A stretch of DNA of 64,000 bases from Cenococcum geophilum (lineage: Eukaryota). The notes under the pieces are model-generated. The model saw only the letters and a program-made list of their open reading frames with translations. It did no database searches and was not told the DNA's origin. Made by a program: the position numbers and the translations under genes. The stretch is from the NCBI GenBank assembly GCA_050273025.1, contig CP158636.1, positions 7,254,001 to 7,318,000 of the forward strand, given 5' to 3'. Below are positions 40,691 to 53,700 of the stretch, piece after piece (positions within the stretch are counted from its first letter, which is position 1; every line of letters starts with the position of its first letter).

Positions 40691-43465
40691 ACTAAATGCC
40701 AGAGTCCTGCAGTTTCAGAGAACCTAGGAAGGCTTAGGATCAGTATCTTAACATCATTAAGCGCTGAGTTGCAGTAGGGCACTAGAATTACTAGGTAATA
40801 TAAATAGTATATATCCAACTTTCTAGTTTTATAAGAGGGTTAATACAAGAGGCTATTAGTAAAGTCTTATAGCTATTAGACTTAAGACAATACTTTTATT
40901 TACTGGTTATATTATATTACAAAACCTAGGGGATAGAAGGGACAATGTGAGGGTGTATACGGTTGCGGCTACGCTGAATAAATGGACGCTAAGACACTAA
41001 TGGGCAGGTCTAAGGCGCAAAGTTCATATAAAATGGCGTAATAGGCGCCCGTCCTAATTCGTAAGGGGAGTTGTACGGCGTATATAAACAATATATAGTG
41101 GCTTATAAGGCGGGATAACGTGTGCTATTACTATTGGCGGGTTTTAATGTTAAGAGGACCGGTTCGGACTAGCGTCCTACACAGCCCCTCATTCTCCCAC
41201 TGATTTTATTTAATGTAGGGTAATTAGCGGTGTTTCCAGTACGCAAATTCGCTAGAAGTAAACCTTTAAACTAGAAAAGTAATAGTCCGACGTCTAAGCG
41301 GGCTTAGACCGCCCAGGCCACGCGCGCTTAGGCCAAATCTTAACGTTGCTACCAAAGATAAGCCCCTTTCTCGGAAAAGTTAGCAAAATTCTATATACGG
41401 CTTAGTTAATGCCTAGAAATACCTAGTATGCCTTAATATAAGATAGGGCGCGGAGTTAGACTTACTCTAAAAGTATGAGATAATATGTCGCATTTTATGT
41501 ATTTTTTAAGAAAAAATATACGTTTAGTCCTTTTTCTAGTACTTAACGGACTGTTATAATAGAACCTAGCGCCAGGTTTCCAAAGGCATGTAATTACTAG
41601 TAAAATTAGCTTGAAGCTTCTTTAAGACTAAAAAGTAACCATTCGGTAACTATCTAGTAACAGTCTAATAGAGGTCTAGATATAGTCTTAAGGGGTGCTA
41701 TTAGGAATTTGGCCTTATCTACTAAATTTTCTAAGAAAATCTTAAAAGCGGGCATGCGCTGTAAGCACGAATTTTTTAACGTAGTAGATACTAAGTCTTA
41801 TTATAAATTCTAAATACGCACTTATAATTTATTGGAAAAAACAAGAGGAAAAACCGTAAAAAAGTTTTATTGTTTTATTGCGCTAATTAAAATCATTATT
41901 ATCCTAAGGCCGAGATTTCCCTTTAAGTTCTTGGTATTTCTAAGTAATTTAGTAATTACTCTTATATACCTCCACCTTTAAACCTTTTTAATATATAAAA
42001 ACTTTATTAAAACCCAGCAATTTTCCTTAATATTCAGCTCTTGCCCTTGCAACATCCTCGGTATTAATTATTTAATATTTTAACCGAGCTTTTAATACTA
42101 TTTCCATCTATTTTATGTGCCTACTCTGCTTAGAGCTCTTATTAACCATAAAAAAGTCCTCCTAAAAAGCAGTTTCACTAGAATATATGCTATATATTGA
42201 TATAATAGTCTATAAAATAAAGTATAATTAGTAAATATAGGTAGGGCTTTTAATATAAATTAGATATATTAATACCTTTTGCTCTAAATAGCCCTTTTTT
42301 AAGGTTTCCTAAGACTCTTTTGCTACGCTACGGTATAATTAAGCCCAATATTTTAATGGAATTAGAACACCTTTTACTTTTATATATAAAGAGTAGTGCC
42401 AATTATAAAATAATTAAGAAATATTATTAGTATAACTAATAATTCCGTACGGCCATATAATATCCTTATTTAAGAACTTTAGTAGTGTTCCGTTTATAGT
42501 AATTTCCCTAAATAGGCAATAGTTTTCTTAGAGTGGCAGAGAAGATTTAAGGGTATTTAACTAGAAAATCGAGGTTAATACTTAAGGTTGGTTAAGGTGC
42601 TGAACGGCATTAGACTAAGATAGATTTCGTATAAGTTCCATAAAAGTCTCTTAAAGACCTCGCTGCACTAAAGTAAAATCTCTAGCAGTCTTAATATTTA
42701 AGTTAAAATTAAATAAATTCTGCCTTCAAATAGTAACCTCTGCTTAGAGAGGTAAAGCGCAATCTCTTTCTTAATGCAGCCGAGATATATTAAAGGAATT
42801 CTCGGAGACTAAGAGAGTATAAGAGTGGGTCTTAGAGGGACTAAAAAGTAAAGGCATTTTTTAGTATTTTTAAAGATTATTTGTACGGTATAGGTGAATT
42901 CTTAGAGGATTAATATCCTTTATATCGGATTCTTCAAGAAACTGCACTGTTTCTCCTTTATCTTGCCTAAAGAAATTAATTATATTTTTCTATTAAGGAT
43001 ATACTCTTATTACAGTTATACTAACATTTCCTTATAAATTACAATCTCTTTATATATTCTTCTTCTAGATTAAATAAATTCCTTAGCAAACCTAAGAAGC
43101 TGTTTATTTTAAACAGTAACTACAGCATCTTAAGCTTTATTTCTCGTTAAACCCAAGGTTCCTCCTATACCCCAATTAAGCTACTACTTTTTTCTTTTTA
43201 ATAGAGCTATATTAAGGGAAATAATTACAATAATAGAACTTTTAGAGATTTTATTAAAAATATCTTAAAATTTTAGATATTTAATTTTAGATTTATATAG
43301 CAAAAATGGCTGTATTAGCGGTTTTTTCTATAAACGCTAATTATTTTTTAGATTTCTTCAATAAAGGACTTACCCCGCACCTTATTTTTACTAAAAACCT
43401 TCTAATTATTTTCCACGCATATAAGCCTTAGAAAAATTAAGAATTACTTTCTCTCTTCTTAGAAA

Positions 43466-45047
43466 ATGTCTTATCTCTCTTAAATTAACTCTTTTCTTTT
43501 ATTATTAGACACTAAAACTCCCTTAAATCCTATACAGAAAGCTATAGAAGATGCCGAAATTAACAAGGAACTTAATAAGCAATAAGAGATTTTAGTAGCA
43601 GAATCTAATAATTCCGTCAGAATTAATAAGTTGTTTGAAACTGTATATAAGGCTACAGAGGGTGCATTAGCACCTATAACTTTATCAGGTTATATAGGGT
43701 ATATTTCCTATATATTCCAAGAATTTAGTTAAAAATACTTATATCTAATAAGATTATTCTAGGCAAATTAAAAAGTATATTAAATTTGTAAAAAAGGAAG
43801 CCCTAGAGCTCAAAAAGTTTATTAAAAAGCCAAATAAAGATGTTCCACTATTAATATGCCTATAGATTTAATCTATCTATAAAAAGGCCGAACCTAGCTC
43901 ATCTTCTCAGTTGCTATAAAAAAGTAAGAATAGAACCTAGTCACATGCGCAAAAAATGTGTGCAGCAGTCTCCTATTTCTACGCTCATAAGGTTTATCTT
44001 AGAAGTGATTGATTTTCCGAGAAAAGCAATAGAGAATAGACAGGAAACCTAACACTTTTAGATATTATGGCAAGATATATAAGAAGTCTACATAAACAAA
44101 AGGTATATTTTCTTTCTTGGTAATACCAATAATTATTTACTATTTACTATAACTAACGCTATTTTATAGACTTATGCAGGAGAAACTTAAGAAAGCGTAA
44201 GAGTAATTACTGCGTTAAAGCTTTAAGAGCTTTACGAATATAACGCAAATCTTAAATATACTTCTTAGTTATCCCGTCTTCCTATAGGTCAAGAAGGACG
44301 GATTTAGGGAGGTATTCATTAGCGTATTATGATGAGCCTTATATATGCAATAGCTTTTGCCTATTTTCTTAGATTTAATAAGGTTCTGCGTATTAAAGTT
44401 CAGCATATTCGAATCCATAACCTTGCCACTAGAAAGGTTAAACTTACGCTTAATTTTCGGAAAACACATTAAACAGGAGGTAAGATCTTAAAATTTTAAA
44501 AATATACCTAATTTTAACGGCTTTATAGAAATCCAACCCTTTTTTCTTTACTTTAACCGAGAAGAGCCCTAGCTTAATATACCTACTCTTCTACTTAAAT
44601 GGCTAGATATCTTAAAAATTACGTCAAGTTACTTATTTAGACCATTTAATGCATTTAACCAGCCAATGGTTAGTAAAAATGTTAAATTAGTAGGTTTTTT
44701 ATTATTTTATAGAGAGTTTATTATTTTAATATTTTATCTAGGCCTCTGGAGTTTTTCTTTAGAATTTTCAATAAAATCTTATTAATATTGGGGAAGATCC
44801 GCTTGTTTATGGGGGCCACTCCTTTTAAAGGGGTGGCGTTCAGTATTTTTCTAGTAAAAAACGCTAGGGAATTCGGAAATTATATAGTTGGGGAGGCTAG
44901 AGCTTGGAGTTTAATTCTTTAATAATTATACGGTATCTTCTCGGTAGAAACGATGATCTAGTTAAATCTCGCGAGGATTATATGAATCTGAAGGCTCAAA
45001 AAGGTACCTTATATCCTTATTGTGGAAGATCTTGTAATTATGCTTAA
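43466..45047 (+). pseudogene. RIP-inactivated intron-containing tyrosine recombinase (phage-integrase fold, not DUF3435-like)
   Basis: RIP-reverted SHAQKMRAAVSYF, W.GNP.LS..MARYMRSL, FLRFDEVL (catalytic Arg, ~44370), FRKTHQ, YGGHSFRRGG (HxxR, ~44810-44840), WGGWS..TIIRYL (Tyr, ~44934) and a C-terminal CPHCGRSC.C. Confidence 0.85.
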
Positions 45048-46384
45048 TATATAGTTTTATTAGAATATCTTTATTTAATATAGCTTTATATATATATTTA
45101 ACGTAAGTAATAGGGGTATAATAGATAGTATAGCTATAATAGTAAAACCTTACTACCTTTTTAAATAGACTTCCTATTTACCTAATTAAGTATATTACTA
45201 GTTCTAAAATAAAAATATTAGAAACCTACCTCTATTTTAAATATATATTATATTCTTTAATTAATATCTAATATAGATCCTATATAGGCCTATATAGACT
45301 ACTCTGTATATAAAGAAATTTATATATTTATAAAAGAAAGCCCCTAGTATTCTATTTTAAATACTTATACTATAATACCTTACTAGCCTTTATAACCTAA
45401 TTATAATAAAACTATATAAATCGCTACTAAAACTTAGCGTTTTAGCTATTATAATAATTAGAGAGCCTATATAAAAGCCTATAGATTAGATCTTATAAGA
45501 TATAAGCTCTATACTTTTAAGTAATCTAATATATTAAAATAGTATTAAATTTATAGATAAGGCTTATATTATTAATTTATCTATCTATAGAGTTAGTATC
45601 TATATATATAATATAATAATAAGGAGGTAAGTTACTAGCCTTTTATACTATTAAAAGATTAACTTTTAATACTCTTACTTAAATTAATAATATAAGTTAA
45701 TAACTTTTACTTAAATTAACTATATAGGAAAAAGAGCTTCTATTTAATCCTTATATAGATTATATAAATAGATAAACTAAGTAAACTATAGGCTTATTAA
45801 ACCTTAAAATAAACTCTTATAAAAAAAGTAAAAAAAAGAGTATTTAAGTAGGTTTCTTTTTAATAAATAAAATCTAAATATTATAGTTTAACTAATATTT
45901 TATAAATTATTATCCACCTATTCTCCATAAATAGATAGTCTCCTAATAGGGCTATATTTTATATCTATTAAAGAATATATATTAAGTACTTATTTTACCT
46001 AAAATAGCTTTTATTAATATTATACTATAGCTTTTTTAACTTTACTTTTAACTTTATATACCTTAATAATTATTCTACTATTTTTAACCACTATTACTTA
46101 TTATAGGTTTTAGATTATAATCTTAGATAATAAAATACTTTTTAGTTTTTTATATAGGGCTAACTACTACTACCCCTAGAGCCTATAATAGATTAGGTAG
46201 ATATAAGTAATACTACTTTACTTTTTATCTAATTATTAAGTAGGTATATAAAAGTGTATATACCTATAAATATTTAAATATCTTAAGAGAATTATCTAAA
46301 AAGAATTAACCCCTACTAGGTAATACTTAAAGACTTAGTTATATAAAAATAAAAATAGAGGGGGGGAAGGTATTTTAGTAGATA

Positions 46385-47800
46385 TTATAGTAGATATAGA
46401 GCTTTATATAGAGCTTTAAGGGAGCTTTATAGAGAGTATCTAGCAGGGCTTTTAGTAGAGCCTTTAGTAGAGCTCCGCGTAGAGCTCTAGTAGAGCTCTA
46501 TGCAGAGCTTTAGTAAGCTCTATACGGAGTCTTAGTAAAGCTTCGTGCTGAGCTTCTGGTAGAGCCTTTAGTAGAGCTCTATATAGAGCTTCGTTTAGAG
46601 CTTTAAGGGAGCTTCGTAAAGAGCATCTAGTGGAGCTTCTAGTAGAGCCTTTAGTAGAGCTCCGTGTAGAGCTTCGGTAGAGCTCTATGCGGAGTTTTAG
46701 CAGAGCTTCGTGCCGAGCTTTTGGCAGAGCCTTTGGTAGAGCTCTATGCAGAGCTTTGTGCAGAGCTTTATGCAGAGCTTCTAGTAGAGCCTTTAGCAGA
46801 GCTCCGTGTAGAGCTTTGGTAGAGCTCTATATAGAGCTTCGGTAGAGCTCTATGCGGAGCTTTAGTAGAGCTCTGTATGGAGTCTTGGTAGAGCTTCGTG
46901 CCGAGCTTCTAGCAGAGCCTTTGGTAGAGCTCCGTGCAGAGCTTCGTGTAGAGCTTTAAGGGAGCTTCGTAGAGAGTATCTGGCAGAGCTTCGTACAGAG
47001 CTTCTGGTAGAGCCTTTGGTAGAGCTCCGTGCAGAGCTTCGGTAGAGCTCCGTGCAGAGCTTCGGTAGAGCTCCGTGTAGAGCTTTGGTAGAGCTCCGTA
47101 TAGAGCTTCGGTAGAGCTCCGTGCAGAGCTTCGGTAGAGCTCCGTGTAGAGCTTCGGTAGAGCTCTATGCAGAGCTTCGGTAGAGCTCTGTACGGAGTCT
47201 TGGTAGAGCTTCGTGCCGAGCTTCTGGCAGAGCCTTTGGTAGAGCTCCGTGCAGAGCTTCGTGCAGAGCTTTAAGGGAGCTTTGTAGAGAGCATCTGGCA
47301 GAGCTTTGTACAGAGCTTCTGGTAGAGCCTTTGGTAGAGCTCCGTGCAGAGCTTCGGTAGAGCTCCGTGTAGAGCTTTGGTAGAGCTCCGTATAGAGCTT
47401 CGGTAGAGCTCCGTGCAGAGCTTCGGTAGAGCTCCGTGTAGAGCTTCGGTAGAGCTCTATGCAGAGCTTCGGTAGAGCTCTGTACGGAGTCTTGGTAGAG
47501 CTTCGTACCGAGCTTCTAGTAGAGCCTTTGGTAGAGCTCCGTACAGAGCTTCGTGCAGAGCTTTGAGGGAGCTTCGTAGAGAGCATCTGGCAGAGTTTCG
47601 TACAGAGCCTCTAGTAGAGCCTTTGGTAGAGCTCCGTGCAGAGCTTTGGTAGAGCTCTATGCGGAGCTTCGGTAGAGCTCTATGCGGAGTCTTGGCAGAG
47701 CTCTGTGCAGAGCTTTGAGGGAGCTTCGTAGGGAGCCTCTGGGAGCTTCGTGTAGAGCTTTCTGGCAAAGCTTTCTGGCAGAGCCTTTGGTAGAGCCTCT
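46385..47800 (+). repeat. Left arm of a palindromic minisatellite (AGAGCT core every 11-12 bp, ~23-bp dimer)
   Basis: Tandem ggtagagctccgtgcagagcttc units with higher-order variants. Confidence 0.95.
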
Positions 47801-47899
47801 GACTCAGTTTTAGCCCGTGCCGTATTTAACTAAGAGTCTACTAATCTATAATAATTCTAGCTTAAAGCTAGGCTCCATAATTAATTTCCCTAGCTACCA

Positions 47900-49560
47900 A
47901 AGCTTTACTAGAGCTCTGCACGGGGCTTTGCACGGAGCTCCACATAGGCTCTGCACGGAGCTCTATATGGGCTCTACACGGAGCTCTACCAAAGGCTCTG
48001 CCAGAAAGCTCTGCCAGAAAGCTCTGCTAGAAAGCTCTGCACGAAGCTGCCAGAGGCTCCCTACGAAGCTCCCTCAAAGCTCTGCACGGGGCTCTGCCAA
48101 GACTCCGCATAGAGCTCTACCGAAGCTCTGCACGGAGCTCTACCAAAGGCTCTACCAGAAGCTCTGTACGAAGCTCTGCTAGATGCTCTCTACAAAGCTC
48201 CCTCAAAGCTCTGCACGAAGCTCTGCACGGAGCTCTACCAAAGGCTCTGCTAGAAGCTCGGCACGAAGCTCTACTAAGACTCCGTACAGAGCTCTACCGA
48301 AGCTCTGCATAGAGCTCTACCGAAGCTCTACACGGAGCTCTACCGAAGCTCTGCACGGAGCTCTACTAAAGGCTCTACTAGAAGCTCTGTACGAAGCTCT
48401 GCCAGATGCTCTCTACAAAGCTCCCTTAAAGCTCTGCACGAAGCTCTGCACGGAGCTCTACTAAAGGCTCTGCCAGAAGCTCGGCACGAAGCTCTACTAA
48501 GACTCCGTACAGAGCTCTACCGAAGCTCTACACGGAGCTCTACCGAAGCTCTATACGGAGCTCTACTAAAGCTTTGTACGGAGCTCTACCGAAGCTCTAC
48601 ACGGAGCTCTACCGAAGCTCTATACGGAGCTCTACTAAAGCTTTGTACGGAGCTCTACCGAAGCTCTGTACGGAGCTCTACCGAAGCTCTGTACGGAGCT
48701 CTACCGAAGCTCTACACGGAGCTCTACTAAAGCTCTGCACGGAGCTCTGCTAAAGGCTCTACCAGAAGCTCTACTAGAGGCTCTCTACAAAGCTCCCTTA
48801 AAGTTCTGCACGAAGCTCTGCACGGAGCTCTACTAAAGGCTCTACTAGAAGCTCGGCACGAAGCTTTACCAAGACTCCATATAGAGCTCTACTAAAGTTC
48901 TGCATAGAGCTCTACCAAAGCTCTATACGGAGCTCTGCTAAAGGTTCTACTAAAAGCTCTGCTAGAGGCTCTCTATAAAGCTCCCTTAAAGCTCTACACG
49001 GAGCTCTACTAAGACTCCGCATAGAGCTTTACTAAAGGCTCTATATAAAGCTCTACTAAAGCTCTACATAGAGCTCTACTAAAGGCTTTACTAGAAGCTC
49101 TGTATAAAGCTCTACTAGATACTCTCTATAAAGCTTCCTTAAGGCTCTATATAAAGCTCTACACGGAGCTCTACTAAAGGCTCTACTAGAAGCTCAGTAT
49201 AAAGCTTTATTAAAACTCCGTATAGAGCTCTACCGAAGCTCTATATAGAGCTCTACTAAAGGCTTTACTAGAGGCTCTCTATAAAGCTCCCTTAAAGCTC
49301 TGTATAAAGCTCTATATAAAGCTCTACTAAAGGCTCTACTAAAAGCTTAGCACGAAGCTCTATATAGAGCTCTACCGAAGCTCCGTATAGAGCTCTACTA
49401 AAGCTCTATATAGGGCTCTTTAACTACTATAAAGTCTACTATAAAGCTCTACGCGAAGCTCTATTAAAGCTCTATTAAAGCCTTACGCGGAGCTATATTA
49501 AAGCCCTTATATTAAGCCTTATATAGAGCTATATATAGAGCTCTACGTCTATTATAATAT
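47900..49560 (-). repeat. Right arm of the palindromic minisatellite (inverted)
   Basis: Tandem gaagctctgcacggagctctacc units, the reverse complement of the left arm. Confidence 0.95.
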
Positions 49561-50320
49561 TTATCTCTATATAACTTCTATAACTATATTAACCCCTAAG
49601 ACCTAACTTAACCTAACTTATTATATAGTTTAGTACCCTAGCTACTATATTATTACTTACGTTAGTCTTTATATAGATATCTTAAAATAGTAAATAGTAT
49701 AAGGGTTTTAACTTACTTAAAGGCTTTAAGTTCTCCCCCCCCCTAGTAGGTACTATACTTCCTTCTATATAAGCTTACTAAGCGGCTATATAACTTACTT
49801 ATAGTCTTTTAAGAAAGCCTAATAGAAGTTATAGAATCCTAAAAAAGATTATACTCTATTTATAGAGGTAGAAGGTTCCTAATATAGCTACCTTATTAAA
49901 GTCTATAGCGATTTTATTAGTTTTAATAATAAAGCCTAGAAACTTTATCTTAATAACGCTAAACTTATTTTTTTAATATCTACCTAAAGGCCTACCTCCT
50001 AAAGCCTTTATAAGACCTTCTTAATATAGATATTATACTATAGCGGGTTATCTAAGTATATTAGTATATTATCTATAGAGGCTATATAAAAGTTATCTAA
50101 GTAGTTAAAAATAATACTATTAATAAATATCTAAAAGGATATAGGCCCGTTATATAGTCTAAAGGGTAATATATAGTGCTTATATAATCTATATCTTATA
50201 TAAAAGGTAGTTAAATCCTCTACCTTTTCCTTTATCTATATAGTAGAAAGTCTATTAAATATCTAGCTTAGTAAAGATTTTAGCTCTTAATAACCTGGTT
50301 AACGTCTCCCTAATTAATAG

Positions 50321-50540
50321 TGTCTGTATAAGTAGAGGTTGTAAATAATGTTATACACAGAGCGTATGCGGCAGGGGCCGCGTAGCGTAGCGTACGTCAC
50401 CTAACCACCTACGGCCCGATAGATAGCCCGACCTTTACTACCCCTTTCTTTCTCTTTTAGTAGACGAGGATAAAGACGAATAAACCAAGAACCAGTTACC
50501 TTATATTACAATTGCAGTACCCCCCTAGGTAATACCAACA
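50321..50540. mobile_element. Solo LTR (220 bp, TG..CA) with 5-bp TSD AATAG
   Basis: aatag at 50316-50320 and 50541-50545. Removing the insert rejoins the RT frame YPLP-LIRE of the older element. Confidence 0.8.
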
Positions 50541-50712
50541 AATAGTAATAGGTAGCAGTTCTTTTTAGTAATCTTATTAAACTTTTAAAAGTTAATATAG
50601 AATTACTACCCCCTTTAAACTTCTTAGTAATAGAACTAGAGTAGTAAAGGGTATATTACTTAGTATTATAAACCCCTTCTATAGGTCCTCCTATAAGTAC
50701 GCCTTAACTAGC

Positions 50713-53700
50713 TATTACGGGACGGGGCAGTGGCTATAAGACGTATGTATTCGAGGAGTCTACAAGACGTTGCGCGATCGATCGTAAGGGTCGAGGGCGT
50801 AAGGAGGTGATATACCTACGCGTAGCTGACATAAGCTGTACGCGAGGTGTACGCGAGAGCACGGGGCTCTCCTATGGAGGCCCCTGCGGTAGGGTTCCGT
50901 AATACTACCCCCCCTCCTATAGAGGCGGAGCTCCGGCGACGCTATGGTTACTATATATATATAGAAGGGACACTTAGGGTATAGAAAAGAAAAAAGGGGG
51001 GTATTGCTAAAGGCTTAAAACAACATTATATGATAAGGCTTGGCATCTAAGAATCCGACCAATTAGACAACTTTAACCGCCGGTTAAAGTTCCTAAACAT
51101 CTTAACGATATTCCGGTCATGTAATCGCACTTTACCGCAATCTAACGGCAATCTGACGGCAATTTGCCCCTACATGGCAATGTACAACGGTTTAACTCTA
51201 TAAGGGCTCCCATAGAGGATTAGGTATAAAATCTTTGCTTAGGCCCGGTTTCTATAGGTTCGCGTAGTGAAAGTCACTAATTAGATCCTTTGTATTTTCG
51301 AAGTCTTCCTATAGTTGCCATTCTGGCTAATCTATATTAAATCCTGTATATATAGCTCTGTAGTAAAGCCGTCGTCCTCTACCTTTGCCAAAGTATTTAG
51401 AGTCGATAATTTGTTTAACGGTCCACTCCTCGTAGTTCTTATCTTCGTTCTTATCTTAGATTAGTACTAGTAGGGATTCGGGCTATATCTGCCCCAGTAA
51501 GGGGTTAGGCTGGTAAAGGTGTAGTAGCCATAGGTAAAATACAGGCTATATCCTATGGGTAGCTAGGGCAGGCGGGAGCTCTAGCTTATATACAGCTCCC
51601 CTATTAATAACTCGTTTAATTAAGTAGGGGCTGAGGTTCTTATAATTAAGTAACTTTATAGGCCTCTATATAGAGATATTGCGTGTATCTAGCCATACCT
51701 AGTCGCTAACACGCATCTCCGGTGGTGGCGTTCTATAACAGTTAGTAAAGTAGGCCTACTTTGCTTAAGCCTAGGCCATTTCTCCCTTATAGTAGTCGAG
51801 TAGATTTTTTATACGGTCTATATGCTAGTCAGTAAGTAGCATCTTAAGGCGTTTTCTATATAGCAGTTTCTTATTAATAGGTTCTAGTGGTTCTATGCCG
51901 GATTAGGGGTAATATCCCTTATTCGCGAAGAATGGGGTAAGTCCTATAGTAGTTAAGACGTAGTTATTCGCTATAAATTTACCTAGTAGGAGGTAATCTA
52001 CCCAGTTATCTTGACTATAGGCGACTACCTGTCGTAGGTACGCTTTTATGCTAGTATTAGCGTTTTCCGGTTACCCAGTAGTTTTATAGTGGAAGGATGT
52101 AGACATCTTAACGGAGATGCCAAGGCGTTAGTAGATTTGTCTCCATACATTAGAGCCAAACTATATACCTTAGTTAGACGTAATCAAGTCAGGTAACCTA
52201 TATAATCGGTAAATTTTACAAAAAAAGGCGTTAGTAACGTCGCTAACAACTACGCCTTCGGTTAGGACATAGTGGCGCTCTTTTATAAGTCGGTATATTA
52301 TTATAAGGATGTTCTTATAGGTACGGCTATATCGCTTACAGGGTGGTAGGTTAATAACGAAATCTATGGCGATATCTGCCCATCGTTATATAGGTACTAG
52401 TAGAGGGTGCAGTAGTCCTTGGTACTTTATATTAAAGGCCTTAGCGCGCTTATAACCATAGCAGGCGCCTATAAAGCGTTTAACTAAGTCTATCATTTTA
52501 GGCCAGAAGTAGTATCGGCTAAGAAGCTTATAGGTTTCTCCTTTGCCTAAGTGGCCGCTTAATCGGAGGTCGTGGGCCATTTAGATTAATTGCCGTTATA
52601 GATTTTTTGAGTTAGGGATAAATAGACGGCCTCTATAATAGAGCCTATTCTCTTTTACTTCTAAGGCTGCTATATTAATCTAGCCTAAGCTTTAAAGTTT
52701 AGTCGGCAGCGTATAGGCGCCGGCGGTCTTTACGGCAATAAGTTAATACAGTAATAGGTTAACAGAGGTGTTATATACCGTAGTAATAAGCTTATTAATT
52801 TTAGGAGGTGATTCTAGTTCTGTGGTGTGGAGCTAAGGTATAGTTAGCTTTATTATAGGTAGCATACCTAGGGCCAAATTCCGTGCTTTTAAGATTATTT
52901 ATTGTTAGAACTGGTTGCGGGGGTTATCTTTAGACTAAGGAAGGTCTTGTAAGCGGCGTATTAGGCTATTAGGCTTAGTACCTTGTACTTCTGGCCTATA
53001 TATAATTTTAAAGTTAAAACCAGAGAGGAACTTATTCCAGCGTGCTTAGCGTTAGTTTAGCTATTTTATAGTTATAAAGTACTCAAGGTTATAATAATCC
53101 GTAAGAACTTTAGTTAGCTGGTTAGGTTCTGCTAAGGAAAGTTCCGGTCAGAATTCCTTAAACACTTATATAATCGCGAGAAGTTCCTTATTATAGATCT
53201 CGTAGTTACATTCTTATAGTGTAAGCTTAGATAAATAGAATACAACTAGGTAGAGGAGACCGTCGTCACCTATCTAGAAAAGGACGCCTGCGTTAACGTA
53301 GTCTAAGGAGTTAGTCTTGAGATAGAGTTGTTGTCCTAGTATGAAGTGAGCTAGGATAGGTGCTTTAGTAAAAGCATCTTTAAGGTCTTAGAACGCCTTC
53401 TCGCATTTAGGCATCTAGATAAAACATAGATATATTTTTCTTCCTTTTACGGAAAGGCCCTTCGTTCGCATTATTGCTATAAGTGGTGCTATAACACCCA
53501 AGAAGTTGTATATAAATTTTTAATAGAAGTTAGCAAAACTAAGGAAAGCTTATACGTCTTTAATGCAGTTAGGGGTTTGCTATTTAGTAATTATATATAC
53601 CTTCTTAGGGTCTATACGGATACCCTTAATAGTAACAATTAGTCTAAGGTATTTTACTTCTATGACTAAGAATTCGCACTTCTTTAAATTAATATAAAGT

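Noticed and set aside
43466..45047. Starship captain (DUF3435) for the 11-41 kb cargo
   Set aside because: Motifs and short length do not resemble DUF3435 as I recall it, and it is transcribed away from that cargo.
46909..48464. ORFs of 93-225 aa in the palindrome
   Set aside because: Low-complexity translations of the minisatellite that appear on both strands; unit lengths are not codon-phased.
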